DNA from: an uncultured Acidobacteriota bacterium | GTDB taxonomy: Bacteria > Acidobacteriota > Thermoanaerobaculia > Gp7-AA8 | NCBI GenBank assembly: GCA_963822445.1 | Contig: CAWGHO010000003.1 | Coordinates: 608,001 to 672,000 of the forward strand | Direction of reading: 5' to 3' | Length of the DNA stretch: 64,000 nucleotides | Shown here: one piece after another, positions 7,949 through 17,309 of the stretch | Numbering within the stretch: the first letter of the stretch is position 1 | Layout of the letters: the number at the start of each line of letters is the position of its first letter | Translations under genes and position numbers: made by a program | The notes under the pieces: model-generated | What the model saw: only the letters and a program-made list of their open reading frames with translations | What the model was told of the DNA's origin: nothing | Database searches by the model: none

Positions 7949-10414
7949 TCAGCCGATGTAGAAGCTCGGACCATCAGGCCCGGCAACGACGGCCGGACGC
8001 GCGATCTCGTAGTAGTCGAGCGCATCGCGGATCTGCGCGGCACGCTCTTCGAGAAACGCGCGCGGCGCGCCGCACTGGGCCATGCGGTAATGATGTTCTT
8101 TCGGGAAGGTGTTCCCGCCATGCCATTGATAGAGGTAGAGGTGGCCCATCCCGCTGAGCTCCGCGATGGGGATGCGCGCCGCGAGTTGCTCGAGCAGCAC
8201 GGAGTCCTCGCCGCGCTTCGCGTAGTCGCCCTCTTCCGGGTAGCGGAACTGCGGATCGCGGAACATCATCAGCGTCCCTGGCGCGAGGCGTTGCGTGCCC
8301 TGCATCTTTCCGCCGAGGGTCCAGTCGATCCAGAGGACGCAACGCTGATCGGTGAGGTGCTGGAGATGATCGGTCATGAAGCAGGCCCGCGCGCCGCTGC
8401 GCAGCATGAGACCCGCCTGCGTCGCCAGCCGCTGCGGGTGGCTGACGTCGTCGTCGTCGTACTGGCAGATGATCTCGCCGCGCGCGGAGTCGATGGAGAG
8501 ATTGCGCAGCGCGCCCAGGGGGAGATCGTCGCGGCCGGGGATGACGAAGCGGACACCGTCGATGCGCGACTCGCGCACCAGCGATTCGACCGCGGCGCGG
8601 AATCGCGGCGTGCCGTCGGTGACGATCACCAGTTCGCGATTGGTCCAGGTCTGGTCGGCGTACGAGTGAATGGCCCGTTTCACCAGTGAGAGGCGATCGC
8701 GGGTCACCAGCAGACAACTGATCATCGGATCGGGCTCGGTGACCTCGACGCGTGCGGCCCGCTCGCGCGCCGGTCGCTCGGAGGCGATGGTAAGCACGGC
8801 GTCGGTGAAGCGCGTGTTCGCGAATCCGGCCGCGGACCAGATACTCTCGCGCGTCGCCGATTCGCGTGCAAGACGCGCGCGGTAGGCCAGCAGGGATCGG
8901 CCCGTCGCCGCGAATCCGCTGTTGAACGCCTCCGCGGTCGCGTGAGGCCAGGCATTGCCGAGACGTCCGGTGGCCAGACGGAATTGTCCGTACAGCAAGG
9001 CGCAGGCTGGATCTTCGAAGGCCGCGCGGATCGTCGCGAGCGTGCTCGCGTCGGCGAAGCGATCGGACGGCGTGAGGCTGACGATCACATCCTCGGCGTC
9101 CCAGTCCGATGGGACGTCGTGACGGACGCTGAATCGCGGGTCATCGAGCGGCAGCCGCGAGCTCTGATCGCTGTGCGAGCCTTCGTCGATGAAGATGGCC
9201 TCGAAGTCACGCATCTCCTGCCGCAGCAGCGAGTCCACCAGATCGTCGAGCTCGTGGCCTGGATCGCGGAACGACACGACGATCTTCATCGTCACCGGCG
9301 CGGCGACGTTCGGCGTTCGCGGCGTCAGCGCCTCGAGACTGAAGCGCCGGTTGCGGGTCACGTGATCGATGAGCTGCGGGGGCAGCGCCGGCGACGCCAG
9401 CAACCGGTTGTTGACCGCGATCGCTTCGGCATGCCGCCCCGTGTAGAAGCAGGACACCCCGTACTCGACGGGAAGATGGATGTCGTACACGGCGCGCTCG
9501 ACGAAGAGCCGGTCGTGCGCCGGAAGAGGAATGCGCATGGCCGCGTCGAAGAAAAGGTACGAGGTCGCGAACTCTTTCTTGCGCTGGTAGTACGAGCCGA
9601 TGCGGAAAAGAGGACCGGCGCGGTCCGGCCGGAACTGATGCGCGGCGAGGTAGTGCTGCATCACTTCCGGCCAGGGCGTGCCGCGCCGCTCTTCGAGCTG
9701 GGCGATCTGGTACAGCGAGTACCAGACTTCCTCCGGCCACCCGCCCATGGCCGCGCGGCGCTTGTAATGGCGGATGGCCAGCTCGTCATCGCCGCAGTCG
9801 CGATAACTCTGGGCGAGATAGAAGACGTAACGGGCATTGTCGGGATTTTCGAGAAGCGCACGCTCGAGGACCAGGGCGTCGCGGCGATACGTCTGCGGAT
9901 CACGCGCACGAGCGCCATCCCGATGAGGGACGGTCACCAACCCATCGAGATACTCCTCGGTCTTCGCGTCGTCGCAGCGCAGGTACTCGTGCAGCACCCC
10001 TTCGTACCGCCACGGCAGCGCGTTGCGGACGAGCATCTTCCGCTGATACGAACATCCGCCGTAGAGCACGCGGCCGTTGTAGGAATCGGCGGTGAGCTCG
10101 GGCAGCACGAACCCGGGGTCGAGCTGCAGGATCTCGTCGGCGTCGATGATGACCACGTAATCTGCGCGGCCGCGCGCGAACTGCAGCGACTCGCTGCGGT
10201 TGTGGGCGAAGTCGACCCACGGCCGCTCGATCACTTCTCCCGGCAACGCGGCGAGATGTTCGCGGATGACCGCCTGCGTGCCGTCGATGGAGCCGGTGTC
10301 GACGATGACCCAGGTGTCGATGAGCGGACGGACGGAGTCGAGGCAGCGGCGGATGACCGGCGCCTCGTTCTTGACGATCATCGCCAGGCAGATCGTTTGT
10401 CCGTGGCGGTTCAT
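7949..10414 (-). CDS. multidomain glycosyltransferase (GT2 + TPR + degenerate GT2 + GT2)
   Basis: 'ICLAMIVKNE..IRRCLDSV', DTGS, DADE, GVLHE. TPR 'RYVFYLAQSY'. C-terminal GT2 'ISCLLVTRDR...QYDDDD'. Confidence 0.9.
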   Translation of the reverse strand: MNRHGQTICLAMIVKNEAPVIRRCLDSVRPLIDTWVIVDTGSIDGTQAVIREHLAALPGEVIERPWVDFAHNRSESLQFARGRADYVVIIDADEILQLDPGFVLPELTADSYNGRVLYGGCSYQRKMLVRNALPWRYEGVLHEYLRCDDAKTEEYLDGLVTVPHRDGARARDPQTYRRDALVLERALLENPDNARYVFYLAQSYRDCGDDELAIRHYKRRAAMGGWPEEVWYSLYQIAQLEERRGTPWPEVMQHYLAAHQFRPDRAGPLFRIGSYYQRKKEFATSYLFFDAAMRIPLPAHDRLFVERAVYDIHLPVEYGVSCFYTGRHAEAIAVNNRLLASPALPPQLIDHVTRNRRFSLEALTPRTPNVAAPVTMKIVVSFRDPGHELDDLVDSLLRQEMRDFEAIFIDEGSHSDQSSRLPLDDPRFSVRHDVPSDWDAEDVIVSLTPSDRFADASTLATIRAAFEDPACALLYGQFRLATGRLGNAWPHATAEAFNSGFAATGRSLLAYRARLARESATRESIWSAAGFANTRFTDAVLTIASERPARERAARVEVTEPDPMISCLLVTRDRLSLVKRAIHSYADQTWTNRELVIVTDGTPRFRAAVESLVRESRIDGVRFVIPGRDDLPLGALRNLSIDSARGEIICQYDDDDVSHPQRLATQAGLMLRSGARACFMTDHLQHLTDQRCVLWIDWTLGGKMQGTQRLAPGTLMMFRDPQFRYPEEGDYAKRGEDSVLLEQLAARIPIAELSGMGHLYLYQWHGGNTFPKEHHYRMAQCGAPRAFLEERAAQIRDALDYYEIARPAVVAGPDGPSFYIG

Positions 10415-11535
10415 ACGTCGCCCATGACCTCGAGAAGTTGCCGGGCGACACGCGGCCATGCGTACTCGCTCGCGAGGCGTGCGCCGGGCGCGTGTCCGGT
10501 CACGGTGTCATCGCCGTCGACGATGCGGCGGATCACATCCGCGGCCGCGTCTTCATCGGGATTCCACCAGGAAAGGCCGTCGAAGAAGACGCGGTCTTCG
10601 ATGCCGAGCTCTCCTTCGAACGTCGCCGGTGCGAGCGGCGCGGGGATGAACGCGGCCTCGTCCTCGCAAAGGTATTCGACATACGCGGTGTGCCGCGGCG
10701 CGACGAGCTTCAGTCCGGAGACGGCGGCTTCCATCATCACGAGATCCCAACCTTCGCCGTGGGACATGGAGATGTAGTGCGTGGCGGTGCGGTAGATGGA
10801 GCGGATCTGCTCGTCGGTGCACATGCCGCTCAGGAACAGCACCGGCGCGGCCTCGGCGAGACTCCGTCCTTCGCGCTGCTGCATGGTCAGGAGGTCGGCG
10901 TGGAATTGCTGCAGGACCCGCGGCTGAAACGCGGAGCCTTTGATGATCAGGATGGCGTCGTCATCGCGGCGCGTCGCGCGCATCCAGGCGCGAAGGAGGC
11001 CGAGGTGGTTTTTTCGGGGGCGGAGCTCGGCCATGTTCAGGAAGCGCGTGCGGAAGGACGTGACCGCGCGGCCGTCGGGCAGCGCTAACGACAGCGGCTC
11101 GGCGGGCTCGAGGAAGTAATCGCTCTTCACGCCGAGAGGGGAGATGCGCACCGCGGCCTCCGGGACGCCACTCGCGACCCACGCGTCGCGCGCGGCGCTC
11201 GTCGGAACGATGGTGCAGTCCTGGGTGCGCGCGACGGGAACCCAGGCGGGCGGAATGCGATCGGCTTCGAACATCGTGTAGTTGATGTTGCGCACGCCGG
11301 GGCGCGGCTGCGGGCACATCGTGAAGTGCAGCACGGTGTCGGCTTCGATGGGTGCGGTGAGGCTCTCGAACCAGCTCTCCCGCTGTTCCGCGGGGAGCTC
11401 GATCGACCAGCCGGTGAGGGGGATGAGTTGCACGGCGACGCCGGCGTTCGCGAATCCGCGCACGAACTCCCGCGTATGCCGGTCATACCCGCTCGTTCCT
11501 CGGAACGGCCCGACAACCTGCAGTCGCTCGAGCAT
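10411..11535 (-). CDS. GT4 (GT-B) glycosyltransferase
   Basis: 'GPFRGTSGY', 'YTMFEAD', 'RKNHLGL', 'SHGEGWDLVMMEA'. Start at 11535, ATGA coupled to the GT2 gene. Confidence 0.88.
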   Translation of the reverse strand: MLERLQVVGPFRGTSGYDRHTREFVRGFANAGVAVQLIPLTGWSIELPAEQRESWFESLTAPIEADTVLHFTMCPQPRPGVRNINYTMFEADRIPPAWVPVARTQDCTIVPTSAARDAWVASGVPEAAVRISPLGVKSDYFLEPAEPLSLALPDGRAVTSFRTRFLNMAELRPRKNHLGLLRAWMRATRRDDDAILIIKGSAFQPRVLQQFHADLLTMQQREGRSLAEAAPVLFLSGMCTDEQIRSIYRTATHYISMSHGEGWDLVMMEAAVSGLKLVAPRHTAYVEYLCEDEAAFIPAPLAPATFEGELGIEDRVFFDGLSWWNPDEDAAADVIRRIVDGDDTVTGHAPGARLASEYAWPRVARQLLEVMGDV

Positions 11536-11556
11536 GGATCTGGATGGTCCCCGGTG

Positions 11557-11587
11557 AGGAGTGTATGGAAGGGGATATTTCCCTACC
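11557..11587 (-). promoter_or_regulatory. shared upstream motif, copy 2 (includes TACACT -10-like)
   Basis: GGTAGGGAAATATCCC-N7-ACACTCCT. Confidence 0.65.
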
Positions 11588-11628
11588 CGAAGCTGTACCG
11601 CGGCACGTTTTTCGCGATTCAGAAAGGG

Positions 11629-12234
11629 ATGAATCACTGCGCGTACTGCGCTGCACCACTGCCGGCGGGCGCGGAGTTCTGCCCGCGATGCGGGAAGAAC
11701 CTCACCGTGCCGGTTGCGACCGCTCCTCCTCCCGTTCCACCCGCCCGGCGTGCGCCCTGGTGGATCGTGCCGCTGGTGATCGTGGGCCTCGTCCTCATCG
11801 CCTTTCTCGTCCTGATGGGACTGCCATTCGGCGGCCGCGAGCCCGAACGTCGCGCCAGCGCGCCCGTGGAGACGGAGACGATCGCCGAAGCGGAGCCGGT
11901 TCCTGCGGCTGCGCGGGTGCAGACCGGAACACTTGTGGAGGTAGGGGAGGAGCGAGCCACGGAGCCCACGCCGGCCCCCGTTCAACCTCCGCCGGCCGAG
12001 GAGATCGGCGTCTCCGAAGCCATCTCGACTCTGCGCGGCTTCGTCACCTCGCGCGATTACTACGGAGTGGGTGCGGACTGCATCGGCGTCTCGAGTCTCG
12101 GCTACCAGAACGCCGGTTACACGCTCGAGGTCCGCGACTCCTGCGGCTCCCGAACGCTGGGTCGATGGCGCGTGGATTCGAAGACGCGGGAGCTCTTCCG
12201 GCAGCTGGAAGACGGCCGGTATCTGCGACCGTGA
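11629..12234 (+). CDS. zinc-ribbon membrane protein
   Basis: CAYC...CPRC zinc ribbon, one TM helix, Pro-rich linker, small periplasmic domain with two Cys. Confidence 0.8.
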   Translation: MNHCAYCAAPLPAGAEFCPRCGKNLTVPVATAPPPVPPARRAPWWIVPLVIVGLVLIAFLVLMGLPFGGREPERRASAPVETETIAEAEPVPAAARVQTGTLVEVGEERATEPTPAPVQPPPAEEIGVSEAISTLRGFVTSRDYYGVGADCIGVSSLGYQNAGYTLEVRDSCGSRTLGRWRVDSKTRELFRQLEDGRYLRP

Positions 12235-12267
12235 ATCGGGCAATAAGTGGCGGGGGAGGAGCGTTGG

Positions 12268-12296
12268 TTGACAGGCTGGTGCCCCATCCGTATGGT
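12268..12296 (+). promoter_or_regulatory. sigma70 promoter of the tRNA operon
   Basis: TTGACA-17 bp-TATGGT followed by a GC-rich discriminator. Confidence 0.8.
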
Positions 12297-12343
12297 GCAC
12301 CCTCGCGCCGGGCCGCCAGCCCGCCGCAGTTCGTTGAAGTAGC

Positions 12344-12418
12344 GGGCCCGTAGCTCAGTGGTAGAGCACCTGGCTTTTAACCAGAGGGTCGTAGGTTCGA
12401 TCCCTACCGGGCTCACCA
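12344..12418 (+). tRNA. tRNA-Lys (TTT)
   Basis: GGGCCCG acceptor stem, TAGCTCAGTGGTAGAGC D-arm, CTTTTAA anticodon loop, GGTTCGATCCC T-arm, CCA end. Confidence 0.97.
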
Positions 12419-12442
12419 GGTTTGCCGCCGCTGACCGCGGCG

Positions 12443-12527
12443 GAATCGAAAATTGAAAATGCAGAATTGAAAACGGCGGGGTCTGGCCCGGCTCATTTTC
12501 AATTTTCAATTTCCCAATTTTCAATTT
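12443..12527. repeat. inverted heptamer arrays (GAAAATT)n ... (AATTTTC)n in the tRNA spacer
   Basis: gaatcgaaaattgaaaatgcagaattgaaaa ... cattttcaattttcaatttcccaattttcaattt. Confidence 0.9.
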
Positions 12528-12542
12528 CGGCAACGCCGATCA

Positions 12543-12618
12543 GTCCCCATCGTCTAGAGGCCTAGGACATCGCCCTTTCACGGCGACAACACGGGTTCGA
12601 ATCCCGTTGGGGACGCCA
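12543..12618 (+). tRNA. tRNA-Glu (TTC)
   Basis: GTCCCCA acceptor stem, CTTTCAC anticodon loop, GGTTCGAATCC T-arm, CCA end. Confidence 0.97.
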
Positions 12619-12623
12619 ATTCG

Positions 12624-15600
12624 CTACCTCGCGATCTCCACCTCCTTGGCAGCGGGGGTCGATCTCAGCACGACGAACCGCTGCGCCGCATCTTCCACGG
12701 CGTTGAGTGAACCGCCGCTCTCTTCCACGGCATAAGTTTCGGCGAGGATCCCTTCCTCCGCGCGGACGAACAGTCGCGTGCGTGACGCCGGCGTGCCGGT
12801 GAATCGTTGAAGAGAGTTGAGGATCGCCGCGCGCTGGGAGGCGTTCAGGGCGAGCTCCGGACCGTGCGAGTAGAACGTCGAAACGTGAATCGACAGCGTA
12901 TTCGTGGCCGGAACGAAAAAGTGGAATCGGTACCAGACGACATTCCTCGCGTCATTGTTGTCACGTCCCCACGGCGAGGCGATGGACAGGACGCCGGCAT
13001 CGGCCGACCAGCGTAGATCGTCGGGGTAGAACTGCAGCCAGTCCGTCTCCGCCGGTTCACTCGCCGCGGTATGGGCGAGCGCAGGGAATCGCTTGTCGTC
13101 ATATCCGTGCAGGTGAAGCTTGAAGAAAGGATTGCCCAGCTCCCCGGATGCCGCTTTGATCAACGGTCCCTGCGGCACGCGGCTGCTGGCGATGAAGACG
13201 CGGCCGCGGCGGTTTTCAGGTGCGGGCGTGCAGTCGCTTGGCGGTGCAACGATTCCGTCTCGACCAGCGCGTTGCGCCTGCAGTTGGTTCCAGTCCCTCA
13301 CCGGCGTGACGGCGACACGCACCGCCGGGAAGAGCTCGCCCCACTGCGCGGGCTCGTATGGCGCGCGCGAGCCGGCAACAATGACGTTCGGCTCGATGGC
13401 CAGCATCGGATCGTCGGCCGCTCGAGCGAAAAACAGCGTGACGTGATCGGTGTCGCGGCGTACGTTCTCATCCGAGAAGTAAATCGCCACGCTTCGATTC
13501 GTCTCCGCTGACTCCTGTTTCGCGAGCATCGGCAGGAAGTGCGCACTCTCAGGACGTGCGGCGATCCGCGAGTCCGGCACGCTCACCTTGAACGTCCACC
13601 AGGTCTGCTCGCGGAACGTCTGGCAGTCTTCGGGCACGGCGACGATCGTGTATTCGAATTCGTGGCGGTCGCGGTCGGTAATCGCGTCGACCCACGTGAA
13701 CTCCACGTGATCGAGATCGATGGTTTCGAGCACATCGTGTCCCGGGCGAGTGATCACAGCCAGCGGACGATTGCTTCCGGTACCGTCGACGCCCGGCCGG
13801 GTGTCGCGCCGGAAGAGCTTGAATTCGCGAACGGCCGAAAGCTCCAGCGGCCGGTCGATTCCGCTTCCTTCGAGAGGCACACGCCATCCGAGGCGTATCG
13901 TCCAGACGATGTCGGCATCGACCCATGGAAGCTTTCGCCGGACGGTCTCACCGATTGCGGTCACGGTGGCCGTCGCGGCGCTGCCACCGTTTGCGGGCGG
14001 CGCGATCGTGATGGCCGGCGCTTCTTCGTAGTCCCGGCCTCCATCCTCGATGGTGATGGCTGTAATCGCGCCGTTTTCGATCACAGCGTTCGCACGCGCG
14101 CCGGACCCTGGACGATTGTTGCCGGCGGTCAACGTGATCCCCGGTTCCTCGTCATTCGCGTAGCCGCTGCCGCCGCTCTCGACGCGAATTGCCGTGACGC
14201 CCGCCGCGCCGAACTCGCCGAATCTCACGACAGTCGACAACGCATCTCCCGCGGAGGGCAGCGGAATGGCCGTGTCGTAGGTCGCTGTGACCGGGAACGT
14301 GAAGACAGGCAGAACGAGCGAGTGCGCGCCGCGCTCGACGAGCTGCGGCTCGAGACAGAACGCCAGCTGGTTCGGATGCCGGTTGGAGTCATCGACCGAC
14401 GCGCCGAGCTGCTGTCCTACGAACCGGCGATAGATGTCGCGGTTCGTCCGGCAGGCGGCGGTTGCGGGCTGGGCAGCGCAGTCGCGATCGAAGAAGATCT
14501 TCCGCCACCGCACCGCCTCGGCATGCGCAGGAGTCACGCCCTTCACCGTGCAATCGTTCTGTGGAGGGGGAGGCGGCAGGGGCATCACCAGGTCGCGTTC
14601 TTTCTCCAGATCGAAGATCGCCGAATACGCCGCGTCGATGAACACCGACTGCGTGAGGAGAGCGTTGCCCGTACCCGCTTCGAACGTCAGTCCGCCGCTT
14701 CGAATGGTTCCGCCGATCGGGCGGCGTTCGCCATTGCCGGCGAAGACGTGGCGCGTCCACTTCAGGCGTCCTTCATCACCCGGATAGTGCCGCGGTGTAT
14801 CGTCCGCCCACGTGGCCGCGACCTCCGCATTGCAGTGAAATCCCGCGAGCACGCGCGGCTTCGCCAGCTCGGTCGCCTGTGAAGGAAGGGTGTTGTCGTC
14901 CAGCGAAACGACGAACCGGTCGTCGAAGCGGCCCGTTTCGATCAGGTCTTCACCCATGGTCACCAGCCTGGAGAATGACGCCCGGCTCACGTCATCGCGC
15001 CGGCGGGTCTCGCGACCGATCACGATGAAGCGGTCCTGGTCGCGCGTGAGCGAGAAGGGGAGCCATGCCCGGGTCGTCACTTGAACCGCGCCGCAGTGCG
15101 GGTCGGCCGCGCTGAGGTGTGCGGCGGGCTTCAGTGTTTCGGCATCCGGCATGCGGGCCTGACGGCGCCGCCAGTTTTCGCGCGACCGCGCGACGAACCG
15201 CGCGCACGCGCCTTCAAGGTCGGCGCAGTCGACCGTTTGCTCGTCGCGCGTGAGACCGCGGGCGTGCAGCGCAACCCGCCAGTGCGCGAGGGGGAGAGCG
15301 GTCTCGATCTCGATTCGGGCGTTGCGCGAAGTCGCCAGCAGCGCCGTGTCCGGAGTGACCTCGCCGTCCTGCGGTTTCACGGGGCGGCACTGGTCGTCCA
15401 TCGGCTGGAGATCGATGTAGTGCGGCCAGGCGGCGGGAGCATCCATCGGAACGCCGCGCTTGAACTCGACGGAAGCGCACGCGCCCTCACCCTCGTCTAT
15501 GAGCGCGCCGGGACCGGTCCCGGTGATGCCCACGCCGCGCACGCGAAACTCGTACGCCCGCCCGTAACGCGGATAGATCGACGTCGTTCCGATCTCGCGA

Positions 15601-17309
15601 AGGGAGATCAGCGAACCGTTGAAGCTCGGCGGTGCGAGTGCTTCGCCGAGCCGGTCGAAGGCCGCGGCCACGACGGTGCTGCCGCCTGCCCATTCGACGA
15701 AATCGGCCGGCATCGTCAGCACCGTTGGCTTTTCTTTCTTGTCCGCGGAGTGATTCTGGATGGGCTGCACGACGTAGCTTTCGCGAGGACGACGGGTGCG
15801 GAGCACGGCCTCTCCGCGCTCGTCGAAAAGTTCCCGCTCGACCGTGCAGAGCGATTTCCACTCCTCGCTCCCGGCCTCGCGGGCATCGATGCGGTATCCC
15901 TTGAATCCCGTGAAGTAGGGCGTTTCCGCCTGCGTTCCATTGACGATGGCTGAAGTGAGGGCCCGTTCCCAGGTGATGCCGACGGTGTCGTGGGGCGGGG
16001 CGTTGCGGCGCACGCTCTCCGCGGCGTCGGCGAGCTCGCGCTCCTTGTCCTTGATGAAGATGTACTCGCTCGCCTTGCCGGCCGGTTCGTGCGCCTGCGT
16101 ATGCACCGCGAACGCAAGGTCCGTGTCGGCGGTCGCGAGATGGTGGATCGGCGGGAGCGTTTGGCCGGTGGCTGCCATCCGGCGCAGTCTGCTCACCGCT
16201 TCGGCGGGGTTCCCACCAGTGTCCTGTGGATCATCGAGAAGCAAGGCCGGGGCGATCTGGCGAACGGTGACGTGTTCTGCGAAGTAGGTCGGAAGCTCGT
16301 CGCGCCGCAGCACGGTCACCACGCGCGGGCCGGTGTTCTTTGCGCGAGTCGGAACCGGCTCGAAGCCGGGCATCGCCGTGTCGCCGATGAACGGCCGTAC
16401 CCAGATGTCCAGATCGTCCCATGCGTCGGCGCCGTTCGGCAGCGAGAACCAGCGCAGGACGTGAAACATCGCGCCGACCACGGGTTCGTCGCGTGAGACG
16501 CGGCGGATGTCGGCACGCTGGTTTCGCTTCACCGACGTAGGATCGGTAGCGGTCATCGCGGCGATGAGATTCGGTTGCTGCTCGGTGCGAACACGCGAAT
16601 AAATCTGATCGCGCCGCAGCGCTTCGGCGTAGATGAGCTGTTCGGTGAGAGCGCGGTTGCGGATTGCTCCTTCGAGCGACAGAAGGGCCCGAGTGCCACC
16701 GGCGCCCGCCGCCGCTTCGACGGCTGACTGGAACGTTTCCGGACTGCGGACGACCGAATCCACACTGAAGGATTCCCGATCCTCATTGGATTTATCGGGA
16801 GGGGCCTGGTTCGCAGCCTCGACGACTGACGTCAGCGCCGAGAGCAGCTCGTTCGATGACTGGCTGAACATCCCCACGTTCGTTCCCGGAACGGGCTCGC
16901 GGGTCCAGCGGTCGAGATCGGCCAGGAAATTCGCCGAGCCGGCAAAGAGCGGCTTCCGGTCGGTGAATTCCGTCATGCTCAGCGCGCTCATCGCACCTGC
17001 GACAGCGAGGGAACCGCTGATCGTCTGAACCGTGCGCGACACGTAGTCCGGTGCGAGGCGAGCGGTTTCATTCACGCCGATCGCCACGAGCTGTTCGCTC
17101 ACTTCGTCGATGACGAGCGGGGCGAGAACAATCGGATACTCGGCAGGTGGAGCGGGCGTATTCGTCGCCGGGGTGTGCGCCAGTCTCCAGGTCGCGCCCT
17201 TGAACGGATCGTCAGCATGCCAGTCGTCGGTCCAATCGATCAGCACTTCCATTCGCCCGGGCTTGAAGAACTGGTTGATGAACGCGATGACCTTCACGTT
17301 CTCGCTCAT
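12624..17309 (-). CDS. giant hypothetical protein (~1561 aa), no signal peptide
   Basis: Uninterrupted ORF. Start MSENVK at 17309 overlaps the upstream stop (ATGA). Contains 'GYRIDAR', 'PRYGRAYEFRVRGV' and a GGSGY-type beta repeat. Confidence 0.85.
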   Translation of the reverse strand: MSENVKVIAFINQFFKPGRMEVLIDWTDDWHADDPFKGATWRLAHTPATNTPAPPAEYPIVLAPLVIDEVSEQLVAIGVNETARLAPDYVSRTVQTISGSLAVAGAMSALSMTEFTDRKPLFAGSANFLADLDRWTREPVPGTNVGMFSQSSNELLSALTSVVEAANQAPPDKSNEDRESFSVDSVVRSPETFQSAVEAAAGAGGTRALLSLEGAIRNRALTEQLIYAEALRRDQIYSRVRTEQQPNLIAAMTATDPTSVKRNQRADIRRVSRDEPVVGAMFHVLRWFSLPNGADAWDDLDIWVRPFIGDTAMPGFEPVPTRAKNTGPRVVTVLRRDELPTYFAEHVTVRQIAPALLLDDPQDTGGNPAEAVSRLRRMAATGQTLPPIHHLATADTDLAFAVHTQAHEPAGKASEYIFIKDKERELADAAESVRRNAPPHDTVGITWERALTSAIVNGTQAETPYFTGFKGYRIDAREAGSEEWKSLCTVERELFDERGEAVLRTRRPRESYVVQPIQNHSADKKEKPTVLTMPADFVEWAGGSTVVAAAFDRLGEALAPPSFNGSLISLREIGTTSIYPRYGRAYEFRVRGVGITGTGPGALIDEGEGACASVEFKRGVPMDAPAAWPHYIDLQPMDDQCRPVKPQDGEVTPDTALLATSRNARIEIETALPLAHWRVALHARGLTRDEQTVDCADLEGACARFVARSRENWRRRQARMPDAETLKPAAHLSAADPHCGAVQVTTRAWLPFSLTRDQDRFIVIGRETRRRDDVSRASFSRLVTMGEDLIETGRFDDRFVVSLDDNTLPSQATELAKPRVLAGFHCNAEVAATWADDTPRHYPGDEGRLKWTRHVFAGNGERRPIGGTIRSGGLTFEAGTGNALLTQSVFIDAAYSAIFDLEKERDLVMPLPPPPPQNDCTVKGVTPAHAEAVRWRKIFFDRDCAAQPATAACRTNRDIYRRFVGQQLGASVDDSNRHPNQLAFCLEPQLVERGAHSLVLPVFTFPVTATYDTAIPLPSAGDALSTVVRFGEFGAAGVTAIRVESGGSGYANDEEPGITLTAGNNRPGSGARANAVIENGAITAITIEDGGRDYEEAPAITIAPPANGGSAATATVTAIGETVRRKLPWVDADIVWTIRLGWRVPLEGSGIDRPLELSAVREFKLFRRDTRPGVDGTGSNRPLAVITRPGHDVLETIDLDHVEFTWVDAITDRDRHEFEYTIVAVPEDCQTFREQTWWTFKVSVPDSRIAARPESAHFLPMLAKQESAETNRSVAIYFSDENVRRDTDHVTLFFARAADDPMLAIEPNVIVAGSRAPYEPAQWGELFPAVRVAVTPVRDWNQLQAQRAGRDGIVAPPSDCTPAPENRRGRVFIASSRVPQGPLIKAASGELGNPFFKLHLHGYDDKRFPALAHTAASEPAETDWLQFYPDDLRWSADAGVLSIASPWGRDNNDARNVVWYRFHFFVPATNTLSIHVSTFYSHGPELALNASQRAAILNSLQRFTGTPASRTRLFVRAEEGILAETYAVEESGGSLNAVEDAAQRFVVLRSTPAAKEVEIAR

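Noticed and set aside
12443-12527. CRISPR array or iteron/origin
   Set aside because: Units are 7 bp tandem with no unique spacers. No cas or rep genes. The same applies to the other short arrays.
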